A stretch of 45,107 nucleotides of DNA, filler included, from Jimgerdemannia flammicorona (Eukaryota), in NCBI GenBank assembly GCA_003990765.1. It is 2 parts of 2 records of this genome, joined end to end, with 100 filler letters (N's around TTAATTAATTAA, not from the genome) between each part and the next. Parts side by side here need not be neighbours in the genome. Positions count along the whole stretch, not along the records: positions 1 to 22,504 come from RBNJ01001260.1; 1 more part is not named here. One strand, given 5' to 3'. The position numbers and the translations under genes were made by a program. The notes beneath the pieces are model-generated. The model searched no databases and was not told the DNA's origin. It was given only the letters and a program-made list of their open reading frames with translations. This document shows positions 1-12,083 of the stretch, piece by piece. Position 1 is the stretch's first letter; each line of letters starts with the position of its first letter.

Positions 1-15
1 AAAAAAAAAAAAAAC
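1..15 (+). repeat. Poly(A) tract, probably the tail of a LINE lying upstream of the window, which truncates the tyrosine recombinase gene
   Basis: A15 directly abuts YR-like coding sequence. Other LINEs in the window end in poly(A). Confidence 0.55.
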
Positions 16-305
16 AGGGGTAAGGATGCGTGGTGGAGAGGGGGGCCTCGCCAGTGGGCCAGTTGATGAGCGGCAATGTCGTAGAAATAGTTCTTGATGG
101 TGGTATATGGCTTTTGATCATTGGCCAGCCATAGGGCCCAGTAGCTGAGGAGGTTGTCATGAAGAGGAAAGGCAGTGGTATCATCAATGCCATAGCAGCC
201 TAGGAAGTGGTAGAAGGAGTTGGTGCCAGGTCGAAGGGCACCAGTGCGGGTGTGAGAGTGTTGGTAGAGACAGGACTCGAGTCAATGGCGAAGCCAAAGG
301 GGGAT
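16..305 (-). pseudogene. Tyrosine recombinase N-terminal (SAM-like core-binding) domain fragment
   Basis: Manual translation SFYHFLGCYGIDDTTAFPLHDNLLSYWALWLANDQKPYTTIKNYFYDIAAHQLAHWRG fits the DIRS/Ngaro YR N-terminal pattern (..Y.TIK.Y...I...H...G). Confidence 0.7.
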
Positions 306-479
306 GTTATGGTTATAGGAAGCAGTTCCTAGGGATGGGAGGGGAGATGGATAAGACAAGATAGGGAGTCGGCAGGGTTAGATGAGGAAGGAATATACTG
401 AGCTTGGATGTCAAACCCTCTGTTGAGACATAAGAGGGTAATGTGTCATAAAAGATCATTGACAAGAGGGTGGTACCAT

Positions 480-1921
480 ACCCGACCACTGGTTAGCGAT
501 TCAACATAGGGTTGGCTATTGCACCATAAGATGATATGCTGATGATGAAAGAAGGAACCCCACAATGCAAGTGAAACCCAGATGGCGAACATTTCCTTCC
601 AGAAAATGTCATATCCCTTCTGGTTGCTGAATGAAGAGGCTCACCGAATGCTCTACCAGTATTGGCCCAGAAGGCCACTGGCACCAATTGTTCCGGATAC
701 ATCTGTGAATAGACCACAATCCTGCCAATCAGAGTGGAAAAGCAGGCAACAACCTGTCCATGAGCATAAGATGTCCTGCCACCATTGAAGATCAGTAGTC
801 AGGCGAGAAGATAGATGACATCACCCAGCATAGGGTGGTTTCCATGCGGAGATGAAACGAATGATGGAATCACAGAATACTTTCCCATCTGGAAGGACTT
901 GGACAACATGCATGAGATGACCCAGTAGTGAATGAGCATCGTGGTAAGACCGAGGACATGGCCGACGAGCCTGATGAGGTATTATGAGCCAGTCTGCGAG
1001 CAGAGAGAGGATGCGTGTACGTTTTTCAAGTGGGAGGCTGATTGTCATGTTGGGGGCATTGAGGAGAAAGCCCACATACTCGATAGTTGGTGTGGGAGGT
1101 ATATCCTTGGCTGCTTTGAGGGGAAGACCAAAGCGAGCAGCGACCGAGTGAAACTGTAAGTATGTAGACTGAGTGGTAGAGGGTGATGCGATATAGATAA
1201 AGTCATCCACGAAGTGGCCCAAATTGGGAAGGTTATACTGCTGAATGTAAATCCACGTGAACAAATCCATCAGAGATGTAAATATGAATGGTGCCGAGTG
1301 AAGGCCGAATGGAAGGAACATATCAAGGAAGAAAAGGCCGAGTCAGCAGATGCCTTGCATAGCCCAGTCAGACCAGTGGACAGGGATCATGTGAAAGGCT
1401 TCAGCAACATCTGCCTTCCAAAATAGAGCTGTGGCGCCAAGTGCGAGGAGTAGCTGGAGGATGGACTAGATTGACTGGTACTGAATTGAAAACTCCTCTG
1501 GGTTGATGCCATCATTTACAGAGGCTCCCTCCAGGAAGGACAGGTGTTGAATGGTGCAAAGTTTGGTAGAGTTCTTTTTTGGAACAACTCCTAGGGGAGC
1601 ATTGCGAAAGGGATGAAACTTAGTTGGTAATGCAGAGGGAGATGAAAAGGGTCCTAAGTAGCGACCAGCTTGAAGTTCAGCAAGAATGTTGGCAGAAAGG
1701 ATGTCGCGATGTTGGTAAGCTGATGCCAGATTGTCAGATATGTAGTCGATACAAAGCTCAGGATGGGAGTGATTGCTGTAAAGGTAACCCTGACATAGGC
1801 CTGTTAAGTGGTACTGAACGAGAAGTTGGTCTGGATGGGTGTGAAGTGCTCATTGCCACTCCCCAAGGTGGTATGGACATGCTGGGGGGTCAGATAGGGG
1901 TGGGGTCACGAGATTAGCCAT
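480..1921 (-). pseudogene. pol: DIRS/Ngaro-type reverse transcriptase and RNase H, with in-frame stops
   Basis: Motifs ELQAGRYLGPF, APLGVVPKKNS, SVNDGI, WKADVAEAFHMIPVH, LPFGLHSAPFIF, HFVDDF and IEYVGF; RNase H motif LFTDVSG at about 690-715. Confidence 0.9.
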
Positions 1922-3239
1922 AGCGAATAGAGCACTCTGTACCTGGGTGAGAGCCATAGCAGAACAAGCAGACATGGGGGCAGCCACAATTGCTGCAGCA
2001 GCCAGAGCCATTGTAGTTGTGACAGATAGAACTGGCTGCACCATCCGAGGAGAGAGTATCATCCAGTTTGATGGGAAATATAGGTTGCGTGAGAGGGGTT
2101 TGGGTGCAAGAGATCAACATGTGCCCCTGCACCCCACACCAAAAGCATAAAAGGGGGCATGATGAGGTCATTCTGGGACTTTCTGTTGAGGAGGCCGTTG
2201 CCTGTATGGGCCGACATGTTGGTTGGTAGGCAAGTGGTACTGATGCTGGCTGGCCAATGATGGTTTCAAACATGTGCCGGACAGCATCTGGGTTGCCAAT
2301 ATCCAGCTCCGGAAAGGATGCTTTAAGTGTGCGAACTTGCCGGTCAAACTGCTGAAGGGCAGCCCAGTCGTAACGGTCGTTGATGGCCTTGATGATAAAG
2401 ATGATATGTGCGAGTAGCTGTGCAGCATATACAGTGTGGGGAGTAGCCCGAGTAGTGCCCAGAGACAGTAATACACCCTGAATGTTGAAGATGGCTTCAA
2501 GCCAGAGTGGTAGGTCGAGATCGCGGTCTGGTGGATGTAAATCAGATTTTTGCCGATTGCTCAGATGCGATAGCAAGGCATTGCCTGTCCATTCGGCCAG
2601 TATTTGGTATTCTCCTGCCTCAAGTGAGGTCAGTAGCTCCAATGGAACCCAATGGCGACATAGAATGGCATCAGAGATGAATAGGGGGTTAGATGACTCA
2701 CCATTTAAAGGGTTTGAAAACCATGCTGGTAAGGGTGCTGATGGGGTTGGCTGCAGTAAAAGTGAGGGAACTGCCAGAGAGGTGAAGGCAGCTGGAAGAG
2801 GGAGTGCTGGTGGTAAGCTGGGTGGTAGGACTGGAGAGGGGTTGGTGTTGGCTAAAGGTCCATGGAGATGTGCCGCGAGTGCTGAAAGTAGCTGTTTGAT
2901 CAATGTGTCGACTTCATGACCATCAGGGAGCAGTGCTGGAACCAGCGCCATAGGTTTGGCAACTGGGAAATCGGGGCCAGGTCGATGAGCATCGAGACAT
3001 GTAACCAGGGTGGCCTTTTGACTGTCTATGGAGAGGTCATATTCGTGGCAGAGTGTGATGAGCTGGTCCTTGCGTAACGTATATAGGCCAGTTAAGTTGG
3101 GAATTGATGGGGGTGCGTGTGGGGCACCAGGTGCTGGAACTGGGGGACCAGATAGTAGGCCTTGAGATCGACAGATAGGTGGCATGATGTATCTGAGAGA
3201 TAGTGCATGAAATCGATTGATATGAATTACTAATGACAA
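1914..3239 (-). CDS. gag: Gag-like ORF1 of the YR retrotransposon (SAP-like N-terminal motif, CCHC knuckle, C-terminal Cys/His finger)
   Basis: Open 441-aa ORF containing LYTLRKDQLITLCHEYDLSIDSQKATLVTCL, CFWCGVQGHMLISC and CHNYNGSGCCSNCGCPHVCLFCYGSHPGTEC. Confidence 0.8.
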   Translation of the reverse strand: MSLVIHINRFHALSLRYIMPPICRSQGLLSGPPVPAPGAPHAPPSIPNLTGLYTLRKDQLITLCHEYDLSIDSQKATLVTCLDAHRPGPDFPVAKPMALVPALLPDGHEVDTLIKQLLSALAAHLHGPLANTNPSPVLPPSLPPALPLPAAFTSLAVPSLLLQPTPSAPLPAWFSNPLNGESSNPLFISDAILCRHWVPLELLTSLEAGEYQILAEWTGNALLSHLSNRQKSDLHPPDRDLDLPLWLEAIFNIQGVLLSLGTTRATPHTVYAAQLLAHIIFIIKAINDRYDWAALQQFDRQVRTLKASFPELDIGNPDAVRHMFETIIGQPASVPLAYQPTCRPIQATASSTESPRMTSSCPLLCFWCGVQGHMLISCTQTPLTQPIFPIKLDDTLSSDGAASSICHNYNGSGCCSNCGCPHVCLFCYGSHPGTECSIRYG

Positions 3240-3315
3240 TTGCTAGAGTATGTTGAGGGAAATGTGTGGCCGCTGCCTAACTCTTGGGCATGCAGTTGGA
3301 GCTTGGGCTAGCTAA

Positions 3316-3473
3316 GGTAGGGTGCAGAAAGTGATTGAAACTGACTAAGCTAAGATGGTGGATTGCATGATTATGTTGCATGAATGTTTAAGCACATGGT
3401 AGGGTGCAGGAAGCAATTGAAACTGACTAATCTAAGATGGTAGTTGTATTGTGCGATGAATGTTAGATGCACA
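3316..3473. repeat. About 82-bp tandem duplication in the 5' terminal region of the YR element
   Basis: GGTAGGGTGCAG..TTGAAACTGACTAA.CTAAGATGGT starts at both 3316 and 3398. Confidence 0.85.
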
Positions 3474-6400
3474 AGTGTTAAGTGCAATAGCCACTTTGCT
3501 GCATTTTGAACTACGTTCACAACTATATTCATTATCAGAACAGCCCTCACCCTGTTCAGAACTAGTAGTCAAGATACTGAATCAGAAGAAAGAAGTAATA
3601 TAGATTATAGTTTGATCTCAAAGAAAAGAAGATAACTCAGAGAATAACTTAAGTCTATATAGATCCAAAAATAAGAAGATTTTCCTAAAGAATACCAAAC
3701 CCTAATCTATAGAAAGGATTTAGACAGAAATGATTATATTACTACTATCATCACTTAAGTTACTCCACTGGATCAAGCATATTTTGAAATATCTGAAGAA
3801 GAAGATTACCATCCTTACCTTCCAGAATAAGAGAAAGACAATGATTGGAAATTTCAATCAGACTACTCAAGAGATGAATTCAACCTTTATCACTACTTAG
3901 AAATATAGATCCTTAGCAAGATGAACAGAACTCTATTACTTTATAATAGTAAGGGGCAGACAAACTGAGCATTAGCTATATCAGTTCTATTCTAATTATC
4001 AAACCCTCAGTACTCTAGTTCTTTACACTCTGATACTATCTATAAGAGATTAGAAACTCTAGTCCTCTCAGCACTTCAGTATTTAGTGATCACTATCACT
4101 TAGTTAGAGAACCACTACTATTGAGAATCTCTACTCCAGTTTTAATTAGAAGAGCCAGACTCTCTACACCCTTATTAAGATACTGTCTTTACCAGTATCA
4201 CTAGTTCATCAAGCACCTCTACTATCTCCATCCTAAGCATTATCAAGAAACTCTACTCCAGAACTAGACTCAGATAGTAAAGATGAATCAGATATGAGCT
4301 ATCTTCAGAAATTCCATGGTATAAATGGTGAAGATATTGAGGAATTCCTTAGAGAAATTAAAGTATAAGTAGCAGTCAAGCAGTGATATATCCAGAGAAA
4401 GCTCAGAATTGTGGAATTACTTCTAAGAGATCTAGCTCTATAGAAGTATAACTAAGCAAAGTAAATTGGAGGAAAAATTCATATATATAACAAAATAAGC
4501 CAATAACCTTTGAGCAAATAGAGACTATATAATATCTATAAGATCTAGCTCTATACCCAATTCAATGGACTTGAGCATCAATAAGCACAAGAAGCTTTGA
4601 CTTATATGAGTCAAGCTACTAATAAAACTCCAAAAAGCTTCTATTATTAAATTCAAACTCAGATAATCAAGGCAACTTGCAATCTATAGTCTAACTAGTT
4701 CTGGTCTCAACCACCTTCCTCAATAGAATATTCCCAGAGATTTTAAGATAAGTTATTAAGATAGACTATTGAAGTATTGAGCAATAAGTTGCTAGAGCAC
4801 AAGAATACTAAAAAGTAGACTATAGATTACCCTAGAAAATACAGGAATATTGAGAATCAGCTCAAGCTGAAACTACAAAGACTCATAGAACTACTATAGA
4901 ATAAGAGAATACTTACTTGAGAGCACAGTTGGTCAGCTATGAGACCAGACCTCTGCTCTCAATTCTAACTCAATATAGGCAATAACAGTAGGCTCTACTA
5001 AGAACTCAAGAAGACTCTATGACAATACTCACTAAATATATAAAAGAACTAGCCATTGCAGTTACTTGGTTAAAGAACTAAGAAGGAAGATAGCAAGATT
5101 ATCATCAAGATAATAGACCAGACTACTAGTAGCAAGATAACAGGAGCTTCACTCAGACCTCACCAATTATAACTATGAGTTCATTAGCAATAGATTTCTA
5201 TACTTCAATATGCTTTAACTATAAAAACCAAGATCACATTCAGAGATTCTGCTCAAAGAAACAGACTCTGTCTAATGATAGAAATGTCAACCTCATTTAG
5301 ATGGCTAAAGAGACTTGAGAAATAGAAGAAAAAGCTATCTGGCTTTATGATCAAAATAATACCTATCCATACTTTGAAGTCTTTCTCTCTAAAGTGACTT
5401 GGGATACAGCACCTGCTCAGATCAGAGGACAAGGAAGACCTCAAAGAACCCCACTTCCACCACTATTGCTAGTAACTATATCTATAGATAAACATCCAAG
5501 ACAGCCATTCCTCCTCAGATATATCTCAGAAAAATGACAAGAGAGTTAGAAGAGATACCCCTGAACCAGAAGCTGGTCCATCAAGAGTATCAAGAAATAT
5601 CTTTCTACCTGACCTCAAAGAAGAAGAATACATGAGTATAGAATATTCAGCTGATGAAATACCTAATAGAAATGAGATAATTCACTCTAAGAGATCTAGA
5701 TATCAAGAGAGTAGTAAACTCCATAAAGCAGCATCACTTTGGAAATATCTCTGCATCTAGAATACAGACCTTATATTTGAATAAGTTCTTAAGAATATAT
5801 TAGAAGTTAGGCAAAAATTTCTCAAGAAAGCCAAAGAAGATATTAAGAGAATTTCTATCCAAGAACTATACATACTGGAGTCTAGCACTATTCATATAGT
5901 TCATGAACACTAGTACCAAAAACATCAATCTACAAGACAAGTTAATGAAAAAGTATATATTGAAAATACCAGAATTATTATTAATACTGAAGCAGTAGTT
6001 TGCATTATCATTTAGTGAATATTAAAAAAGATTAGATAGAGAATTAATGAAGAAACTAAAGCAAGAGTCATTATGGCAGATGGATTAGCATCTATCTCTC
6101 TTGGACTAGTCAGAGATATATCTATTCAAATTAGAAAGACTTGCCTCAATGTATCTCAAGCTATCATAACCCCAGTAACTTTCAATATTTCTGAAAACTA
6201 GCTGGTTGCATTAAGTTGGAGCTAATATAGATATCAAGAAACAGCTCCTAGTCTTCACCTTCTATAGACAAAAGCACAAGGTACCAATTGAGTCAAAGAA
6301 TCAAGGAAAGCAAGTCAAGTCTCTGAGACAGAATGGTAAGAACATAGAGATATACTCACTACTACTGAGGATAAAAGTGAAGCAAATTTTCTGTAAGAAC

Positions 6401-7399
6401 TAGAAAGTAATTTTGATGCTCTTAGAGACTCTGAAAGTAGCCAAGAAGACCTTTTTGTTGGAGTAATCAATACTGAAATCCTGGAAGAAAGCATTGATTG
6501 GAATATCAGTGAAGAAGTAGTATACAAATTTACAAGACTATCTATATACATAACTACCTCTAACTCTAAAGAAAAACCAAATTGTGTAAGCCTTCCACTA
6601 GGTATATGTAAACACTATAACCATTTCCACTTACTAAGAGATAATTATAGTAACTGCCAAATTCTCAATCTCAAGAATGTTCTAATATTAGCAATCAAAG
6701 ATAAGAATGAGTTAAAATGAGCCTCTGTTCTTATATAAATACAACCACTCACCCCTAAAGTTTTCAAGAAGATCTCTAAAGAAGAATAGAATATTCTCTC
6801 TCACTAACCTTTGGAGACCCATACAATCAAAGGCAATAACAATAGTATCTATACTATCACTTAAGCCCCCCAGATCACTCTATCTATCTATGACAAATAT
6901 CAAAAAATATATCTAATAAGTAAGGAAATCAAACAGTAGAATAAGGACTTCATCAAGCAAGGATACTGTAATTGTGGAAAGATCTTTAACTGCTACTGGT
7001 GCAAGCATCAAAGTATCTACCTTAATAAAGATTCCTATAAGAGTCAAGTTAAGAGAAAGGATTCTATCTTATAAGAATCTTGAATTTGCTAGGCCTGTTG
7101 AAAATACAAAGAGATCAACCATGAAGAGGACTGCAAAGTCAAGAATAAGACCTCTATCTGGGATCTATTATTAGAAATTCTTGCTATTATCCATTAGTAT
7201 TACTGATTATATCAAGGTAAACAAGGAGTTAACCTTATCTTCTCTTTTATAGAAGTCTTAGATCTACTTAGAAGAACTGGATCAACTATATAAGAAATCT
7301 GAAGACTGAAGTATATTGGTTATTCTTTAAGCCAGAACATATGTTCTCACCTACAGTAACAACTACTGAGGGATCATTTCTCAAGACTCAGCTCATTAT

Positions 7400-7805
7400 A
7401 CAAGTCAAACTGCTATCATTTTGGGCACAATCTCCTCTTATACAAATAGAATAATCAGTAGAATATAACCTCTGTCTCTCCTATCAGACAATGCTCTATC
7501 CTAGGACTATTAGAATTTTTGATCTTCAAATTACACTTGCTATACCACCTAGATACTATGGACAACTAGTATCAAGATCATCTCTAACTATCAAAGAAAT
7601 CACAGTAAAAGAAGAGATTATTAATTGGAATTATCAAGGTCCTCTGAAAGTCATTATTTATAACAATAGAAGAAACTATCAAACTTTTAATCTCTTGGAA
7701 GTCATCTAGCAAATTCTATTTATCAAGATATTATAACTTACTATTCAAGAGATAAATCGACTGAATAGCTCTAAGAGAGAACAAGGAGAATTTAGAAGTA
7801 CCAAT
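7400..7805 (+). pseudogene. dut: dUTPase of element A
   Basis: IPPRYYGQLVSRSSLTIKEITVKEEIINWNYQGPLKVIIYNN (motifs II-III) and a degenerate RxxGxFGST-like motif V near 7780-7805. Confidence 0.85.
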
Positions 7806-7892
7806 AGAACTCCTCAACTACTACCTATTGAAGTCTACTTAGCAATAGTAGTTCAGTTCTGCCAAATGAAATCACACATCCATCACTCTATC

Positions 7893-8302
7893 TAGTACTC
7901 CCAAATGAATTGAATCAATTTGAATTGAATCGAATTGAGAGTCATTCAAATCAAATTGAATTGGGGATTTTTCAATTTGAATTAAGTTTGAATCAAATTG
8001 AATTTGAATTGAATTAAGGGTCTGATTCGAAACCTATTTTTAGAAATATAATAACTCGACAAATACACATCCAAATTCAATGATCTTTAGCTTGTTAGAT
8101 TTCCCTATATAATAGAAATCTAACAAGCTAAAGATCATTGAATTTGGATGTATATTTGTCGAGTTATTTAATTTCTAAAAATAGAGTTCGAATTGGACCT
8201 CAAATCAAATTAGATGTCAATTTGAATTGATTCAAATTGAATTGGGCCTCAATTCGATTTGAAGTTTTCAATTTGATTCAATTCAATTCATTGGGAGCAC
8301 TA
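7893..8302. mobile_element. hAT-type fold-back MITE (410 bp)
   Basis: TIRs TAGT(A/G)CTCCCAA..GAATTGAAT; perfect 8-bp TSD ACTCTATC at 7885-7892 and 8303-8310; subterminal GAATT/AATTC repeats; internal hairpin 8051-8103 / 8115-8167. Confidence 0.9.
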
Positions 8303-10643
8303 ACTCTATCTAAGCAAGAGAAGATATACTTTTTCAACCATATCAATAAAGAAGTCTTGATATATATCTATCTGTAGATACCAACAACCTGATATTCAAA
8401 CCCAATAGAACTCTGAGAAAAGTATCACCTCCTTCTAGCTGAACAATAAATCCGTAATCAGATATTATCAATCTATATTTCTATTTAAAACCTGGGCTTC
8501 AAAGTAGTAATAATCTCTAAAGAAATAATATTGGAATATTTTGAATTACTGATAGACACCTATGAGAAAGAAGTTTTTGAATTTTTGGAAAATGGCAAGC
8601 CCTCTCTGGTGAGACTAATGGTACTAGAGAGAAAGACTCAGCAATCAAAGCTATTAATATCAAGATAACTCTAACCAAGGTACTGATCTATGCAAGATAG
8701 AGAAAGTTAAGAGCTATATATCTAACCCCTATCTCTGCAAAGAAAGTCCTATTCTTTCTCATGTTAACATCTTACTACCAGTAGTTCATCTCAAGATTTT
8801 CAGATAAGGCAGCTCTACTACATAATATCTCAATGAAAAACCAACCATTTAACTAGAAGAAAGAGCAGCAGAAGTTGTTTAACCTACTCAAGAAGGCCCT
8901 TACTGAAGCTCCTATTTTGGTGTAACCAGATTTTGATAAATCATTTATCTTAGTAATCAATGTCTCTGCCCTTGGACTCAGATCAATTCAATCTCAGCTA
9001 GATGATTAGAAGAAAGAACATATCATTAAGTATGCTAGCAAGGCTACTAACAAGACACAAGCAAACTATGGAGTCTCCAAGCTAGAATATCTAACAGTAG
9101 TATAGACTGTAGATTACTTCAGATACTACTTCTTAGAAAAGAGATTTATCCTTATTACTGACTACTAAGCTTTACAATAATTATTCAACAAACTGGAGCC
9201 CTTAGGACTCTTTGCCAGATAGATTATATCTCTGTAAGAATACCAGTTTACCATTATCTATAAGAAAGGTATTAAGAATTTCAATATTGATACTCTGTCA
9301 AAAATCCTATAAACTCAATAAGAAGAGAAGGAGCTCTCATAAGAGAAGACTACTTCTCACTTACTCAAATGAATCAAGAACTGTGTCTTGCCCTCATCTG
9401 GAGCCTGTATTATAGAAGCTTTAAAAAGGAAATTTGGCTAGCTCATAAGCTATTTATTCAAAGAAATTTCAAGAAATTTCAAGAAGATAATGGTAAACTT
9501 TGGAGAGTATAAGGAGACCAATATATCTGAGCCTCATAAGAAGATGAAATATAGAAAATACTAATAATAAACTATGATCAGAATACATACTGAGAAATTG
9601 GAGCCACTATTATAAGAATCAAGAAGAGATACTGGTGATCAAAAATGGAGAAACAAATTTCAATATATATTCAACAATATGATATCTGCCAAAGATACCA
9701 ACAAAAGCTAACTGATAAAGTACCACTAATACTAATTACAGTACCAGCTAGGGTCTTTCAAAGACTAGAAATAAATATTATTAACTCTCTACCAGTAACT
9801 AGCTAGAGAAAATGCTATATTCTCACTATTGAAGATTATCTGATTAAATAGCCTGAAGCCTTTGCCAAGACTGCAGATGCTCAGACAATCATTGAAATCA
9901 TATATAATGAAATTTTCAGCCACCATAGTGTTCTCCTCAAGGAAATCATCACAGACTAAGTCTGAGAATTTATCAATAAAGCCATGAAGACCTTTGCAGC
10001 CAACTTTAAGATCAAACTACATTTAACAATAGCCTATTACCTATAAGTAAATAGACTTACCAAATAAAAGAACCAGATTATCAAGTGAGGCCTCAGTAAG
10101 ACCAAAGACTAATTGAATTGAAATATCTACCTTTTAGTAATTTTATTCAGTATCTATACTTCAAAAGTAACTGCTATCTAACAGACTCCTTTCTATTTGG
10201 TGTATGACCAAGAAGCATAAGACCCCACTGAACCAATCTAGCTAGATTTGGCAAAATGAGTCACTGAAAAGATTACTCAGTTATACAAAATATACTAATA
10301 AGTAAGAGGTTTTATTGTCAAAGTATAAGAGCAATAAAAGAAGTACTATAACTGCAAAGCAGATTTTAAATTTCTGCTTATTGAACAATAAGTCTTAGTT
10401 TACCATACTATTATAGAAGGGAACTAGAGTATCAAACTCAAACCAAAATAAGAAGAACTCTACCTCATCTATCAAAAGTTTATAAACTATTGTGACAAAC
10501 CAAGATATACTACTCAAATTATACCTTAGCTAGATGACATGAACAATTAGCCAGATGATATAAATATACAGTATAGTAACCAGCAACCATTGCTGCAGAA
10601 ACTGTATAAATAGCCAGACTACCAGATAAGGTATATCTATACT

Positions 10644-10730
10644 GGACCTGCACACCTGTACAGGACCTGCACACCTGTACAGGACCTGCACACCTGTACA
10701 GGACCTGCACACCTGTACAGGATCTGTACA
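10644..10730. repeat. 19-bp minisatellite (GGACCTGCACACCTGTACA, about 4.5 copies) in the LTR
   Basis: Units start at 10644, 10663, 10682, 10701 and 10720. Diverged versions occur at about 13303-13376 and about 44805-44860. Confidence 0.95.
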
Positions 10731-11204
10731 ACCTGCCATAAGTAGCAATCTATAGTTAGCCATATAGCAACCAGATAGCAACTAACTTGTACAAATTACC
10801 CCAGAGATAAGAGTGAATAAACCTCAGTTCTGAAATACAAAGCAAAAGACACATCTGCCTACTATACTTTAAGAGATATACCTGCCAAAAGCCACTTGAT
10901 CCTAAAGGAATTGGATTGCAACACTTAGGAGAAATGCCTGCTCTACAGCCACTACTAGGAGATTGTGAGCTTTGTCCCTTTCCCACTCTAGCCCACTTTC
11001 TAATATAAAGCTGATTTTGCCACCCAAGTTTAAGAAAGAACTTTGCTGCTATTTCCCAGTTAAAGCCACCAATTCAGGAAGAATCCATGCCATCTGAGTT
11101 GTTTCCCAGAAGCCCACCAATTCAGGAAGAATCTGTATCATCTGTCATTTTCGAGTTATCCACCACATTCCCAGAAGAACCCTGCCAATTCAGGAAGAAT
11201 CCAC

Positions 11205-11317
11205 ATTATCCGAGTTACCTAAGTTATCTAAGTTATTGAATTATCTGCCTCCCATGACATCCAAGTTATTCGAGTTATCCGAGTTATCTGAGTTATCCAA
11301 GTTATCTGAGTTATCCA
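11205..11317. repeat. 9-bp (GAGTTATCC-like) microrepeat array in the LTR
   Basis: Repeated gagttatcc/aagttatct units; the counterpart taactcgga occurs in the other B LTRs. Confidence 0.75.
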
Positions 11318-12083
11318 CTGCTAAGTCATTCATCTGTTTCCAGTAAGCCCAAGAAGAATCTGCCACCAGTATAATTCTCAGTAAGCCACCATTTCAGAGA
11401 AGCCATGCCAAATCAAGCCATCTGCCAGAAATCACATACTTTTGAAAATCTGTCATGCTACACAGAGATCATCATGCTACACAAGATCATCATGCAGAAA
11501 TCACATATGGAGAACTGCTAAATTGCCAGACCATCATATACAAAGAGATCATCATGCTACACAAAGAAATCACCTGCTACTCAAGAAGGAAACTGCTCAT
11601 GCTACACACAAAATTCTACCAATTCCCAGTTGACCCAAGAAGGAAACCCATTCACACAAATTGCCGCTACACCCAGAGAACTGTCCCAATTAGGAAATCA
11701 ACATACAAATCGCTCACAGATATCCAGCTTAATTATTATACCACTAAACACTAAGGATCTCAGAATCTTAGAATATTTTTGTTACTTTTTTGACAAAGTA
11801 ACTGTGGGCTCAAACCAAACTACATCAACCCTCAATCTTGTAATTTGCCTCCATTGAGCCAGGCATATTACACTATACTTATTAACTCAAGTTCCTGGAT
11901 AGAGTTATACTTAAGATCAAGATACACTAAGACCTTATTACTCAGTAGAAGCAAAATACATTTAAACAACTCTATTTACTCTATTTGTATCATCTTTGTT
12001 AGAGAATGATAGATACTTCATATAGAACTCAAGAAAGCTGACAATACTGAAACCAATCTCAAGTTTATCTATATAATAGATAT

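Larger units (their letters stand above)
16..3536 (-). mobile_element. Ngaro/DIRS-type tyrosine-recombinase retrotransposon (gag, RT/RNase H, YR), 3'-truncated
   Basis: Domain order on the minus strand is gag, RT, RH, YR N-terminus, with no obvious methyltransferase domain. The right boundary is approximate. Confidence 0.85.
10491..11872 (+). mobile_element. Solo LTR of family B
   Basis: TGTGACA...ATTACA ends; perfect 4-bp TSD CTAT (10487-10490, 11873-11876); reverse-complement homologue of 12084-13522; splits the GPY/F region of element A's integrase. Confidence 0.92.
3537..12083 (+). mobile_element. Old degenerate Ty3/Gypsy element A (gag, PR, dUTPase, RT core deleted, RH, IN), interrupted by a MITE and a solo LTR
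   Basis: Gag remnant at about 4290-5260; protease IINTEAVVCII at about 5975; dUTPase at about 7400-7805; RH at about 8940-9310; integrase at about 9500-10490 continuing at 11877. Many stops. Collinear with element B. Confidence 0.85.

Noticed and set aside
2482..2919. 145-aa plus-strand ORF and similar antisense ORFs (18667-19356, 20435-20875, 29747-30247)
   Set aside because: Shadows of the gag/pol frames on the opposite strand, with no motifs of their own.
10519..10781. Cys-rich repetitive ORFs
   Set aside because: Translations of the 19-bp minisatellite.
11442..11857. Short ORFs inside family-B LTRs (also 21174-21419)
   Set aside because: They arise from internal repeats, frames are inconsistent between LTR copies, and they do not resemble the C/E LTR protein.
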